Assembly: GCF_000143415.4 (NCBI RefSeq)
Contig: NW_003314387.1
Span: forward strand, 124,001-188,000
DNA from: Selaginella moellendorffii
Lineage: Eukaryota; Plantae; Lycopodiophyta
Length of the DNA stretch: 64,000 nucleotides
Direction: 5' to 3'
Part shown: in pieces, positions 1-14,400 of the stretch
Layout: each line of letters begins with the position of its first letter
How positions within the stretch are numbered: position 1 is the stretch's first letter
Program-made: the position numbers and the translations under genes
Notes under the pieces: model-generated
Databases searched by the model: none
Told to the model about the DNA's origin: nothing
What the model saw: only the letters and a program-made list of their open reading frames with translations

Positions 1-1592
1 GCAGAGTGGGACTAGAGTGACTTCCCAGCTTCGTTCAACAAGGCCAATCGAATTGATCTGAGGGAGGTCAATTTACCCATGCCTGAGGAACTGAAGACGG
101 CTATGGATCTTTCAAATCTAGAGAAAGCTCCAGGTGCAGCATGGGAAATGCTCAACTGGGTCTTCAACGCAATAGCGGGTGGGTCACCTGCTTCCGACTC
201 CAAAGGGCAAATGCATTGTCGAGTACAACTGCGGCGGACTATTCTTTCAAGCCGCACTACTCAAGGGTGTCCCGTGTGTTGCGGTGACAAACTCCATTGA
301 ATAGGTGACTTCAATGGAGCATATAATTACAGTTGCCAAAGAAAAACAATATCTTCTCTGCGAACCTGGTGAGTACGCACTTTAAGTTTGAATGTTATCT
401 CACAAGCTCTGTATGCAGGAGCGTGGCCACCCCCAGATGCTGAAACGGCGTTAACAGCTACTGTTGAAGATACCCATGTTGGGCTGAGCTCACAACCTAC
501 ACAAGGTAAGGTCACGTGAGGCCTCACACCATTTTGATTATAGATCGTTGTGAATATTCAGATACGAGGACTGAAAAGCGCACTGGTGGCGCGTCGAAGA
601 AGGACAAATAGACAAGCAAGAGGAAAAAAGGAGGTACAAATTATATTTGCAATGGCGTGTGGTCTCATGCCATTCCTTGCAGGAGACACTTCTTCAAAGG
701 GAAGGCACGAGGACGTACAGAAGGCAAAACAGGCAAGCACCAGCCAAGTACAACGGACGAGAGGTACCAATCATTTTTGTTATACGTGAATTCTCATGCC
801 ATTGCTTCTTGCAGCTCAAATTCCAAAGAGACTAGGGCAAGCAGCGCAGACTTCACGACAAGAACCTGAAGGTTTGATGGCGTGTGGCCCCTAGCAATTA
901 ACTAATGTTCTTGCAAATCGCGTCGAGGAAATTGAACGAAACAACGTGCCTCCAGTGGAGGAGGGGGAGGCCTCGGAGAGTGATAAGGAGAGTTCCGAAA
1001 TAGGTGATGCACGATCAGAGGCAAGTAACATTACCATTTGACTTTCTCCTAACGCAGGAGGATTGCTTGACTATGGTCCATGTGAGGGGTAGCAAGCCCA
1101 TCTTCGTCAAGCCAGAGGCTGTAGTGATGAACCGGACTGCTAGGTCAAGTGAAATCCTCATCATCAATGACTCGCTGATTAAAACTGCAGCGAACACGCG
1201 TGCACCCCATCTCTTGCAGTATGGAAACTAGGGAGAAGAAACCGTATGTTCTGGGGGACCTTGCAAAACGGCCTTGAGCGATGGTGATAGAGAACTGGCC
1301 AGTCTAGGAGGTGGCTGCAGAAATCAACCAAATGGCAGATGGAACGGTATATCAGAAGCCATTTGATTGGACAGACACCAGTCATCATTTATGGCATGTA
1401 TATTGTCTAGCCAAGCACTATCCGCATCTCCATAATCTGCTCAACCGGATGGGTTCTTCGACCACTGAATATGAGCGTGGACGTATTAGAGAAGAGATGG
1501 CATTACTATTGGGTTTAAATCCTGATAGTGTGGAGAGTGATGAAATTCCAAGATTATTATATAGGCGTTTGAGGCAAAAAATAACAGTCTGA
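1..1592 (+). pseudogene. 3' part of a decayed multi-exon gene of unknown family
   Basis: Series of ~50-nt GT..AG introns (about 369-418, 506-561, 634-682, 764-814) separating coding-like exons. In-frame TAG stops and frameshifts are present. The last exon-like ORF (1311-1592) is followed by AT-rich sequence. Confidence 0.45.
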
Positions 1593-2738
1593 GATGGCAT
1601 GTATTTATTTAAAAATGTAACTTATTATAGCATGGGGTTCCATGCCATTGTATTAATATTAAAAGACAATTCTTTGAGAGGATTTGCATTATACTAGAAG
1701 TGTTACAGCATGTTATTGGAAGTCTACGAAGTTGTTTTATTAATAAGGGGAAAGTAAAGATTGAATGGGGACTTGGGTTCCACCTAGACTCGGAGCAATT
1801 GAGCCAATATTAAAAGGATGGAAAGAAATTGGACGACGATGACAAGGAGAAGAGAGAGGTGAAGCAGTGGCAGGGGGAGGAGAAGTGATTGAGTAGACAT
1901 TTCCTTGTTTAAAATAAAATGGCATGTGCCTCAATGCAGTTGAATTTTGTTATATTTATATACTATATAAAGGTTTGGAAACCTTATTTTACAAGTGGGA
2001 TAATGACAATTCCCACTTTAACGAAATAGAGCTTATGTGCCATGTGTCCAAAAGATTGGAACCCAAGTTTCAAGGCCTTGGGCTACTAAATGAATGAACG
2101 GTGCCAAACTCTTAAGCATGGAGCCAAGGAACAATAGCACTAAAGCACAGAATGACTCCCAAGCACATAGCCCAAGGAGCGAAGGGATAGGAGCACAGAG
2201 TGACTTGAAATAGTCCTAGAGTATTCAGCATCCTAATGCCAAGACCAACATGCAAAATAGAGCCAAACAAAGTTTGGTGGTATTTCAACATATCGGTGGC
2301 TTAACACAAGAAAATGAGTACTCCACCAGCTAGCATGGAATGGAACTTGGGTTTAGACCCAAGCTGGACACAAAACAAGGACAGGCATGCAAATGAGACC
2401 TAAACTATACCTTAGGTTAGTTAGCCATGCCTAACCTACTTATTATCCCTATTATATATTTGGAACCCCTTATATCCCCCCGGCCCCCCCCTCCCCCCTT
2501 GAGGAACATAAGCTTTAGGCTTTCACCCCAAGCTTCTCTTAGTACTAAGAGTTAGTCTCTGGGACAAGCTTGAAATTTATTAAATATGGAATGTTCCTAG
2601 ATTGCAAATTTGAACATGTGACAAACACCATTGTGTTCAGGACAATCTCTACATTCTGTAAATATGCCAAATGAGCAAATCTAAACACTTTCTATAAATA
2701 GCATTTGGAACTGAATTGAGATTAACACAAAGGGCATG

Positions 2739-4677
2739 TGTAAGCAATTAATTTTTCCATTCTACTTTAGTCACTTAACCACGCCTTTGACCATTTGGAC
2801 GAGTCTCACTCACCACCTCCTTAAATCCAATTTAGGACTTAGGACTTGCTAGCCTTGAGAATGGCATCCATGCCACTCATCCCTTGCACTTAGTCGAAGT
2901 GCTCCACGTGTCCGGTCCCAAGACCGACACCCCAAGGTACCACCGACATACTAGCCTGTTACGCTAAGGCCATGCCCCTTAACCTTGGTCATACTGGTGG
3001 TCTAACACCACTTGCATCCCAATCCCGTCTCTCAAGGACTGGACCATCCGTTCATGAGTGATCATTCCAGATCCACTCCTTAGCATCCTTAGGATGCCCA
3101 TAGACATGGGGAATAACCTTCCCCAATATCCTTTTTCTGGTCCCCACCAAGTCCCTTTCTGTCCATGGCCGTGTTCACCAACACTACCATTGGATCGAGG
3201 CCCACAGGCCCGACCACTAAGTCCCATGGTCCTCTGGGACTTCCTCACCACACAACTGTGTCCTTGGTCACTACCCCAGAGGACTGCTCCTCTTCCTTTC
3301 CACAGTCTGGGCCTTTGGGACAACATTTCGGAACACCGTGGCCTTACGCGAGCCACCTGGGTACTCTCCCCACCTTTCGCCTTTAGGTGCTCTAGCCATG
3401 GGCTTAGAGCGAGGTTCCGTTGAGCCACACCTGGTATCCAAGTAGGTAGTGCCACCCACACTTGGACTGGGAGCATCGGCCAGTCGATCTCCCGGGGGAA
3501 CTAGAGCCGGCTCTTGAACACTTCACCAAGCTACCCCGCTTGTCGGTCCGTATTCACTCTAGTCTTGGACTTCCCAGTGGTCAGTTCATCACCCAACACT
3601 GGGTCTGGCCTTCCTGGGCCAAACTGGCCTTTCCTGGCCAAACTGGCTCCACTGCAGTCCTCCCCCTTACTATACTTTTGGAGCTCACCAAACCCCCCAG
3701 GGTCTGGGAGACGAACGCTTTGGGCTTTCACCCTCTCAGACTCGAACTCGGACTCGAACTCGGACTCGGACTCGGACTCGGACTCGGACTCGGACTTGGA
3801 CTCGGACTCGGACTCGGACTCGGACTCGGACTCGGACTCAGACTTGGGCTCGGTCTCGGCCTCCACCTCGGTCTCGGTCTCGGTCCCGGTCTTGGTCTCG
3901 GTCTCGGTCCCGGTCTTGGTCTCGGTCTTGGTCCCGGTCTCAGTCTCGACCTCGGACTCCATCTCGGGTCCTTCTCGGACTCCATCTCGGATTCCATCTC
4001 GGGTCCATCTCGGACTCCGTCTCGGTCCATCTCGGACTCCATCTCGGACTCCACTTCGGACTCCATCTCGAACTCCATCTCGGACTCCACCTCGGACTCC
4101 ATCTCAGACTCCATCTCGGTCCATCTTGGACTCCATCTCGGACTCCGTCTCGATCCATCTTGGACTCCATCTCGGACTCCACTTCGGACTCCATCTCGGA
4201 CTCCATCTCGGACTCCATCTCGGTCCATCTCGGACTCCACTTCGGACTCCATCTCGGACTCCATCTCGGTCCATCTCGGACTCCATCTCGGTCCATCTCG
4301 GACTCCATCTCGGACTCCACTTCGGACTCCATCTCGGACTCCATCTCGGACTCCACTTCGGACTCCATCTCGGACTCCATCTCAGACTCCACCTCAGACT
4401 CCATCTCAGACTCCGTCTTGGTCCATCTCGGACCCCATCTCGGACACTTCCACGTGTCATGTGTTGGTCCTTTTGGGTCCCTTTTTGGAGCCTCGCTTAT
4501 TGCTCGCTTTGTGCTTGTTCCTCAAGCACTTTGTTGGGAGTTCCACTCCCGCTCTCAACCTTCCAAGTCAGAGCTTTTAGTCCAAATGGGTCACGCTCGT
4601 TTGGCTTTCGCTTCAGCCACTACCTTGTGGCACCCTTTCCAGCTCCACTTTGGGGCCTAGGGATTTTGTGTCTCACA
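2739..4677 (-). mobile_element. Solo LTR, family A (satellite-bearing, 1.94 kb)
   Basis: TGTAAGC...CTCACA termini with a perfect 5-bp TSD GCATG (2734-2738 / 4678-4682). Orientation is taken from the PBS next to the copy at 16870. Confidence 0.93.
3738..4445. repeat. Compound satellite inside LTR-A: (GGACTC)n, (GGTCTC)n, then 12-mer CGGACTCCATCT units
   Basis: Directly visible tandem arrays. The same array, at different lengths, occurs in every LTR-A and LTR-C copy. Confidence 0.95.
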
Positions 4678-5329
4678 GCATGATAGTGAAGGTGTTTGAT
4701 AGACATGGTAAGCTATCACCTAGTGATATTGAAAAACTAGTCTCAATATGGGAGGGTTCTTGTTTAGCTAGTGCAAGATAGAGCAAAAGAGAATTAAAAG
4801 TCAAGCCGAATATGCTCAACTAAAAATACATAAAAATTCCTACCTTATGTCCATTTGACTAAGTACAGGTGTTAAGCCCAATTTACTAACACTTGAACAA
4901 GAAGGGCTGATAAAGAGAACTGACAATACTAATCTTCTACTATTGTGGCAGTAAGGAAAGAGTGTTCGTAAGGACAAACTGACAAATAACTTTCGATACC
5001 CGAAGTCATATTTGCAACAGTTGGAACACTCTTGACATGAAGAAAACTTTTAACAAACTATAAAATAAAAACATTATTTAGTGAAATAAGATTGCAATCT
5101 CTTATATACATTATGATGATAAGCATTATATAGTAAAGTATACCTTTATGTAGTATTAATACAAGTGCCTTCTAGTTAGAAGTTCTAATCTAGACTTGTT
5201 GTTGGAGTTCGTCAAGGTGTTGTTCCCATATCAAAATTCATAAACTAACACCATTCCATATTTAATAAGGTTTTGTGATTGTCATAACTAGTTAGAAGTT
5301 CTAATCTAGGCAAGTATAAGACAAGGGGG

Positions 5330-8300
5330 AGAAGCCTTTTTGTCAAGGGCCATCTGAGTTGGTGATGCAATTTAGTGTTCATTTCGGAAGCCTCTTGCTT
5401 CATGCAGAGCCAAATATATCGGAGAGGATCAAACTAGGAATGTTGTGGCTAGCACTTCATCAAGATCTTGTCGGACTTGTGCATGCACTTACTCCAGCCA
5501 CCCTTGACGATGCTCTTTGCATAGCATAACGTTATGAGACGTTGCCTCTTTCACTTCTCGCTGCCCGTCCTTCCGCTCCACTTTCTATGGGTGATAGTCT
5601 TGTTCCAATGGAGGTTAATGCTACTACTGCTCGAGTCCAAGGACAAGGGCAAGGACATGGTTGTGGTCATGATGTTCGCTATTGGGCATGTGATGAAGTT
5701 GGTCACACTTATTGGTGTTGTTGGCATTTTCCAGATTGGTGACTGGGTAGAGACCTTGGTGTCAGCAATGTCTAGTTAGTGCTACTGCAGTGGAAGGTTT
5801 GGACACCGAGATGCATCCAGGAAATGAGGAGTCATGTGAATAACGAAGGGACCTTGCGCAAATAAGTCAGTGACCCCTTCATATTTCTTTCAGGAGTATC
5901 ATTAAGGGGTTCACTTGGCACCGGTTCATCCAATATTTACTTTTCAAGCTCGTTTTTATAATAAGAGGTCTTTTATTATTCTCTCCGTGTTGGTTGATAC
6001 AGGTTCAAGTTTATCTTCTATTGCTTGATCTGTTGCCACACATTGCCATCTACACTTGCATCATGAGGCAAAATCAATTTTCATTCTTTATAGCAATGGC
6101 CGTACACATGCATGTGTATAGGATGAGGTAGACCTAGTTGTGTGTGTGGGTGATCTCAAGCTTGAGTTGCAGTTATTGCAGGTGGTGCCGAGTCAGGCTC
6201 TTGACCTCATCCTTGGTATGGATTGGTTGCAGTGCAATCATGCCAAGTATGACTTTGAGGTTTCTCCCCCTTGTCTTATATTTCCTTATATTTCATTTAT
6301 TCCTCTCACTTCTGTACTTTTTTGTCCCTCTACTTCCATTACTTTTGTCCCCCCACTATTTCTTAATATGTTTTTGTCTTGTTTTACTCTTCCCTTTTCC
6401 GATCCTTCTGATAATTTTTGTGTTGTAGTGGTTGACTGGCTCATGAAGGAGTATTCTGATCTTTTAGAATTTGACCTATCATCTGGGGCCAAGATTGCCA
6501 TATGTCATCTGATTCCAACCGGGGATGCTCGTCCAATCAAGGTTTTTGTTTGTCGTTGGTCACCCAAAGAGATCAAGATTTTACGTACAAATGTCAAGAA
6601 GATGTTGGAAGTTGCAAAGTCCTTGGGTATGTGAACCTTATCTTGTGATGAAGTCTGATGAGAGTATTTGTTTTTGCATCAACTATCATTCGTTAAACTA
6701 AGTAATGATCCTAAATGTGTACCCTTTTCCTCACATTGCTAATCTTTTGGATCATTTGGGGCGAAGTCGTTGATTCACCAAGCTAGATCTTGCTTCTAAG
6801 TATTGGCAAGTACTGATTGATGAAGAAGATATTCCTAAGATTTGTATTTAGTTTGTACGAGTTCTTAGTGATGCCGTTTGGTTTGAACAATGCTCCAGCA
6901 ACTTTCCAACGGATGATGGACGAGGTTCTTTACGATATGCTAGAGGTGATTACTGATTTCATTGATGATGTCTTGATTTACTCAGAGGGTATATGAGAGG
7001 AGCATGTTCATGATGTTTGTAAGTGTTGGATCGGCTACGGGACATTGGTTTAAAGCTGAAGCGGCCAAAGTGCGTATTTAGGTCCAAAGACACAACTTAT
7101 TTTGGGTACTGTATTTCTCGTGAAGGTTTGCAAGTTGATCCTGACAAACTTGTGGCTGTTTTAAAGTTCCCTATTCCAAAGTGTGTGAATAATGTGCAGC
7201 GCTTCTTGGGTAAGGTGCAGTATTTTGGTCATTTTGTGGATCATCTTTTTAATTACATTGCACTATTGCAAGCGTTGCTAAAGTCATTAACATCATCTTT
7301 CATCTAGTCTCCGGATTGTGAGCAGGCGTTCGTGAATCTCAAAGAGCTATTAACAACTCCTCCGGTTTTGGCATATCCTAACTATACTCAACCTTTTATT
7401 TTGTGTGTAGATACTTTTGACATTAGTCTTGAAAGTGTGTTGATGCAAGAGAGCTCGAGTGTGCTTGGTCAGTGCCATTCCATTATGTATATAAGCCATA
7501 CATTACAACCAGTGGAGGTGAACTATTCCATGACAGAGAAGGAGTGTTTAATAGCAGTCTGGGGTTTTGAGAAACTTCATGCTTATCTACATGGTTCTCG
7601 GACATTACTTGAAGGTGACCATGCTGCCATTACTTCAATATTGAAGTGAAAGAACTTAGTTAGTTGTATTGCTTAGTGGGCTTTGAAACTTTAGATGTAT
7701 GATTTTGATGTTCATCACCCAGGGTGTTTTATGGCTGATGTTGATGCCCTTTCTTGAACTCCTCTTCCTTCTCCACTCTCTTCTCATGTTTCTAACGAGC
7801 CTGTTGTTCCAGCATCTGTGGATTTTCTAGACCAGGATTTTGTGCTGTCAGTGGTTGCTGTAGTTGACGTTCAGTGTCCACAAGGCATAGAGCAAGATCT
7901 ACCTTCTCTTGATGAGGTTCGCAAGGCTCAAAAGATTGAGTCGTGGATTCAAAGGTTTCGAGATGGGTTTAAGAATCTTGCATCACTTGCTGATGACTTG
8001 CCTTCCGGCATTTACATTCTTAATATCGCCTTGAAGATAACCTTCTTTATTTTGTGGGGATGGATCCTGATGATCATTTACGGCTGGTGGTGCCTTCTGT
8101 CTTTATTCCGTGGTTTCTTCATACCTACCATGATTGTCCTATTTTAGGTGGGCATATGGGACACCGTTGTGTAACCGAGAAGCTGTGCATGTCTTTCTAT
8201 TAACTGAAGATGCGCCGTGATATTATCTAGTATATGCGTAGCTGCATTTGGTTCTAAGCTCATAATACTCCCCCTTGTGCCACGAAAGGATAGTTGGAGT

Positions 8301-9461
8301 CAATTGCAGTTTCCCATTTGTTTGAGTTGGTGGCGTTTGATCTTATGGGACCTTTTCCATGGTTGACAGCTAGCAATGAGTATGTTATTATTGCTTCTGA
8401 CTACTTGACTCGTTGTTTGGAAGTTGGTGCTCTTGTTAATGCTTTTGCAACTGTTGTTGGATACTTCCTCCTCAATCGAGTGGTGTTCTAGCATTCTTGT
8501 CCAGAGCGAATTCTTTCGGATAATGGTCATGCATTTATGGCTGAGACATTTCACATTTTGATGTTTCGATTGGGGATATGCCACATTTTCATGAGTGTTT
8601 ATCATCCACAATCAGATGGTCTGGTGGAACAACTCATTTGGACGTTCAAAAGGATAATTGCGAAGTATGTACACTTTTAGCATTCGGATTGGGATGCTTA
8701 TTTGCCATCTCTTCGGTATACATATGGCACAGGGGTGCAAAATTTTGTTGGTGCTTCACTATATAAATTCTTATATGGTCATGATTCAATATTACTAACG
8801 GAGTTGGGTTTACCTTCACAATTACCATGAGCTACCAATGTTAGGTCTTGGGATCAGTATTTGATGAGCATTCTTCCACTTGTCCAAGTAAAGTCTACTG
8901 AACACTTAGGCCACATACAAGTGGGACAACAACAGTGCTCCAACTTCCATCATCATCCATTTGCAGAGTACAAAGTGGATGACTTGGTGTTAGTCCGTTT
9001 TCCCCATCTGATGGTATGTGGTTTATCTATGGGGCTCCTTGCTCAGTGGAAAGGACCGTATCGGGTGTTGCGGCAAGTTAGACCACAAGTTTATGAGGTT
9101 CGACATGATGTCCAGCAGGCCAATCCTCCAAAGACTGTGCATGTGCAGCAGTTGAAATACTTCATACAAAAGGATTAGGAGCAGTTAATACCACCTACAA
9201 ATCTGCCAATGCCTCCTCCTGACATTCCTCCAGGTCTTGGCCCATTTGCAAGAAAACCATGATAGTCTTCTATTATTCTGAGAGGAGGGATTGATGTGAG
9301 GGCGGCTATGATGCCATATACTAATATTAGGGTAGTGGGATTTTGGTAGCTGTTGGATTGGTTTCAATTTGGACCACTTGCTCTTGTATATAAGTTAAGG
9401 TTTTTGGCCTAATTGATATGCACATTTTTTGTATTCTCTTTCCATATTTCAATCACCCACA
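5330..9461 (+). mobile_element. Degenerate Ty3/gypsy element (family D): gag-PR-RT-RNaseH-IN pseudogene, PPT and short 3' LTR
   Basis: Decayed CCHC knuckle near 5680, protease VLVDTGSS near 5990, RT VMPFGLNNAPATFQ and FIDDVLIYS at 6870-6985, RNase H NYSMTEKECL, integrase FDLMGPF and SDNG. Purine tract gagaggaggg near 9280 is followed by TGTGAGG. Many stops and frameshifts. Confidence 0.9.
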
Positions 9462-9775
9462 ACTATAATACTAAAACAATCTATATATTTTGCTCCCTCT
9501 TTTTAGAAGATCAACATCATTGTCAATACATACTCTAGTTTAGACTATTGCTAAGGAAATAACTCCAAATAAAATCATCACTTTGTTAGAAATGCACTAA
9601 CTTAGTTATGGGACTACATCTTTCTTTATATAAGACACAATAACACTTAAACACCTATCCATCACTAACAAGGAAATGACTAATGGAGTCAATTACCCTT
9701 GCTGCTCTAGGTGTTACCCAACTTACAAAAGATGATATGCCCTTATTTACATAGAGAGAGAAGCCAAAGGCCTAA

Positions 9776-9963
9776 TATAAGCTCTTATTTTAGAAGGTCA
9801 TTACCCAACTCAGTACTACTCAAACTTAAGAATGCTTAGCCTCAAGTACCCTAAGACTTTTAACTAATTGAAAAAGGAGATGCCCTTTTATTTATAAACT
9901 TTTTCCCTTTATATTTAAACCCTAATAGATTATCTTTTAAATCATTCTCTTTAGTTGCATATA
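9776..9963 (-). mobile_element. Decayed Cassandra-type solo LTR
   Basis: Aligns by eye with the LTRs at 42666-42860, including the 5S-derived cagtactactcaaacttaagaatgcttag segment. It sits within a remnant of the LTR-B 3' UTR. Confidence 0.7.
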
Positions 9964-10526
9964 GCCCAACCCTCTTAAGCAACAATTCAAACCTATTAGA
10001 ACATTTAAATAAACTATTGTAAACAACCAGTTATAGTTATTTATACAGTTACCACCTTTGAATGGAAATAGGAACTCAAGAAAGAGAGGCAGATGGTCTA
10101 CAATAACTACCCCATAACTAGAAATTTCATTATACATATGAAGTATTAAAGTCAATTTGCTTATACTAGTGAATGTATCATCTAAAGGATATAATATGTA
10201 TCACATGAAGGAAATACTTATGAATATATTACTTAAAGGAAATAACATCTCAATCTATCAAAGTTGATCTTAGCAACAATCAATACAATTAAATAAATTT
10301 TACAAGTGCTAACAAATACTCATTCATAATAAATATTATAACAACTAATTTGAATATACTTTAGTCAATAATATTATTAAGGAACAAAAATTGCTTAAAT
10401 AAGTGTTAGCAACATCTTATTGATATCTTAAACCCAAATGACCAATCCAGAATAAACTATATAGAATATGTGGTAATGTGGAAAACCAAAAGTCATCAAA
10501 AAGAATAACTAATCATTATAAAAAAT

Positions 10527-11416
10527 TGTTGTGAATATCACTTCGGGTATCAAAAGCTACCTGTCGACTAGTCCTTTTGGATATTTTTTTTTCACTACCA
10601 TAACAGCAGGAGGTCAGTATTGCTAGACCCATTATTAGTTCCCACTTGAGCTAGTTGAGAAACTAGTCAATGGCCATACACTTAAATTGGATAAACATAA
10701 GATAAGAACCCTATATGTTTCTTGCTGAGTATATTCGGCCTATTAAGAAACTTATGTCATTAGCTTGCACTTACTAGTATCAAGAACCTTTGTGATATCG
10801 AGATTGGTCCCTCAATATTCACTATATGATAACTTACTGTATTTGCCAAACATTCTCACTATCATGCCTTTTGTGTTAGTTTCAATCCGGTCCCAAATAC
10901 TATTTATGAAAAGTGTTTAGATTTGCTCATTTGGCATATCTACGGAATGTAGAAATTGTTCTAAACACAATGGTGTGTGTCTAAATTTGCAATCTAGAGA
11001 CATTCCATATTTAGTAAGTTACAAACCTGTCCCAGAGACTAACTCCTGATACTAAAAATGGCTAGGAGTGAAAGCCCAAAACATGCGTTCCTCAAGGGGG
11101 GTTCCAAATGTATAGTAGAGATAGTGGTTAAGTCAAGTATGGGTGACCAATCTAAGGCATAGTCTAGCTCCCGCTTGTGTGCTTGTTTTTGTTCTGCATC
11201 TAGCTTGAGTCTAAGCCCAAGTTCCATAACATGTTAGTTGGTGGAATACCCATATTCTTGTGTTAGGCCACCAGTATGCTGAAATAGCGTCAGACTCTAT
11301 TTGGCTTTGTTTTGTGTGCTTATCCTGGCATTGGGATGTTGGATACTCTAGGATTGTTATAAGTTGCTCCAGGCTCCTTTTTTTTCACTCCTTGGGTTGT
11401 ATGCTCATGAGTCACT
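10527..11416 (+). mobile_element. LTR family B (5' part), interrupted by an LTR-A element
   Basis: Starts tgttgtgaatatcacttcgggtatc and is collinear with the other LTR-B copies. Confidence 0.8.
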
Positions 11417-14400
11417 TGTAAGCGACTAAATTTTCCATTCTACTTTAGTCACTTAACCACACTTCCGACCATTTCGAAGAGTCTTACTCACAACTTCCAT
11501 AAGTCTTATTTTAGACTTGGGGCTTGCTAGCCCCGGGAATGGCATCTCTGCCACTCAACCTTTGCACTTGGTCCAAGTGCTCCATATGTCTGATCCTATG
11601 ACCGATATTCAAAGGTACTACCAACATATCAGCCCATTATGCTAAAGCCATGCCCAATCACATTTGCCGCACTAGTAGTCCAATACCATCTGGATCACAG
11701 TCTTGTCTTTTCAAGACTAGGCCATCCGTCCATGAATGGTCATCCCAGATCCACTCCTTAGCATCCTTAGGATGCCTATAGATGTGGAGAATAGCCTTCC
11801 CCAATATCCCTTTTTCAGTCCCTACTAAGTCCCTTTCCAACCACGGCCATGTTTGCCAACACTGCCATTAGATCAAGGCCCACAGGCTCAACCACCAAGT
11901 CCCACAGTCCTCTAGGACTTCCTTACCATGCAACCATATCCTTGGTCACTACACTAGAGGATTACTCCTCTTCCTTTCCACAATCTGGGACTTTGGGATA
12001 ACATTTTGGAAGACTGTAGCCCTACATGAACCTCATGTATACTTTCCCTGCCTTCTGCATTTGGGTGCTCTAGCCATGGGCTTAGAGCGAGGTGCTGTTG
12101 AGCCATGCTAGGTATTCAAGTAAGTAGTGCCACCCACACTTGGACTGAGAGCATTAGCCATTCGATCTCCCGGGGGAACTAGAGCCAGCTCTTGAACACT
12201 TCACCAAGCTACCCCACTTGTCGGTCCGTATTCACTCTAACCTTGGACTTTCTAGTGGTTATCCCATCATCCAACACCTGGGTACGGCCTTCCTGGGCCA
12301 AATTGGTATTTCCTGGCCAAATTGGCTCCACTGGAGTCCTCCCCCTACTATACTTTTGTAGCTCACCAAACCCTCTAGAGTCTAGGAGAAACGCTTTGGA
12401 CTTTCACCCTCGGACTCGAACTCGGACTTGAACTTGGACTCGAACATGGACTCGGACACAAATTTGGACTCAGACTCGGACTTGGATTCGGATTCAAACT
12501 CGGGCTCGGGCTCGGCCTCAGTCTCGGCCTCGGCCTCGGTTTTGGTTTTGGTTTCGGTCCCAGTCTCGTTCTTGGTCTCGACCTCAGACGCCATCTCGAG
12601 GACTCCATCTTGGACTCCATCTTAGGTCTGTCTTGGACTCCATCTCGAACTCAACCACGTGTCATGTGTTGGTCCTCTTGTGTCCCTTTTCTAGAGACTC
12701 TTTTATTGCTTACTTTGTGCTCGTTCCTTGAACACTTCGTTGGGAGTTCCACTCCCACTCTTGACTTTTCAAGTCAGAGCTTTTAGTCCAAACGTGTTAT
12801 ACTTGTTTGGCTTTCACTTCAGCCACTACCACCTGGCACTCTTTCGGCTCCACTTTGGGGCTTAGGGATTTGTGTTTCATAACTCCACAACCCATAAACA
12901 AAGTTCAATGTCCTCATCAAATAATAAATTATTTTATAAAGTAATACTAGCATGTATTACTCTTTCCATCTTTGGCACCTAGCCAATATTCGTCAATGGT
13001 TTGACACTAAAGGCTCACCATGCTTTGTCCATCCTCTAAGGAGTATAATTTCTCCAACTTAGAAACTCATTTGACCATTTGTGGTGGTTCTCTTCTTTTA
13101 TTGATTTAGTTCTCACTAAACTTGTTAGAGACACTTTCTCTATCTCAATCCCACTATTCATTTTTGAGTAGTCTCAGTTCCCATTGATATAACCTTTGCA
13201 CTTTGGAACTTTTAATTTTGACTTTTCGGAGTCAATTTCCTGGGTGTTTTCGACACTTTACATTGCACCTATTATGCAACTCCACTTCCCCATCCTAGGA
13301 GTTCCCCATCGCTTGAGAGCACCATCATCTTTTTTTCTATTTTGTGCCACCTTTGGCACTAAATTTCAATTATCATAATTTGTGCTAGGGCTGTCCACAG
13401 CCCTATCATTTGGCTACCTTATCGTTACCTCCCTTGGAGCTTCCATTTTCGCCAAATCAGAGCAATTGGGAATTCATCCTTGAAAACACATTGCCTCCCC
13501 ACAATCCATCAACATCCAACACATTAGTGTTCCTAGCCTAACTTTGCCATTTAGGTTTTGTCCCATGATTCCCATGGCTCTTTTCTTAGCCATTAGTTTT
13601 TTGCTCCTATCTATTGATTATTGCACTAAATAACATAGGATCACTACCTCCATCCTTAAAGTATTCTTTCGATTCCATGGCAAAAGCTCCACTTTGCTAA
13701 GTCCAAAAGGTGCTCACCCTTAGTAGGTCTCTTTAGCATTTTCTGCTATGGGCTTCATCCACGGCCCAATTTTGTGACCTTTCGATTCTCTCTTAGAGAC
13801 TACTTTCTTTGAACTCACTATGTCATCGCATTAATATAGCTTATTTCCCTTAAATGTCCTTCCCACTTAGTCACCTTGACCAAGCCACACCATTATCATT
13901 AGTTCAAATCAATACTTTGAACTAGGAACTTTATTCCTTACCCAAACAAAGACTTTGTCCTTACTTAGCCACAAGATCACTTAGTGATCTCATCTTAGCA
14001 CCTTAATAGGTTTGTCAATAGATATTAAGTTTTCCAAACCTTTAAGTTGTTGACTATGACCCCAAGGGCATCCCTCACACTTGGTAGTACGCCCAAGCTA
14101 GCCCTTTTGGCCAAGGGTCCATAGCAACTGAGACTGGGTGTCCCTATCTCATTCACTATGTCCTTAGTGCCACTTGCACCAAAATGTTCAAGTTAAATAT
14201 ATTGAACTTTCACTCTAAGCAATCTAACTATGCATCACGACTCCGGAGTATCCCCCACTTGGTAGTGTACTTAAGCCAGTCTCCTCATTGAGAGTCTATG
14301 ACCACCAAAATATGAGTGTCCTCATATTCTAAACTATCACTACGCCCTAATGATTTGGGACTCAAACCCAAGCACTAGAGGGTTGGGACTCAAACCTAAC

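Larger units (their letters stand above)
2033..5019 (-). mobile_element. LTR family B copy (truncated), interrupted by an LTR-A solo
   Basis: Ends in gaagtcatatttgcaaca, the reverse complement of the LTR-B start tgttgcgaatgtgacttc at 27597. Collinear with the copies at 10527 and 54706-57298. Confidence 0.8.

Noticed and set aside
3462-4683. Long ORFs with (SD)n, (LG)n, (SE)n and SPRW repeats, resembling Sdr adhesins or structural proteins
   Set aside because: They arise because the LTR satellite units contain no stop codons. Starts, ends and frames differ among the LTR copies.
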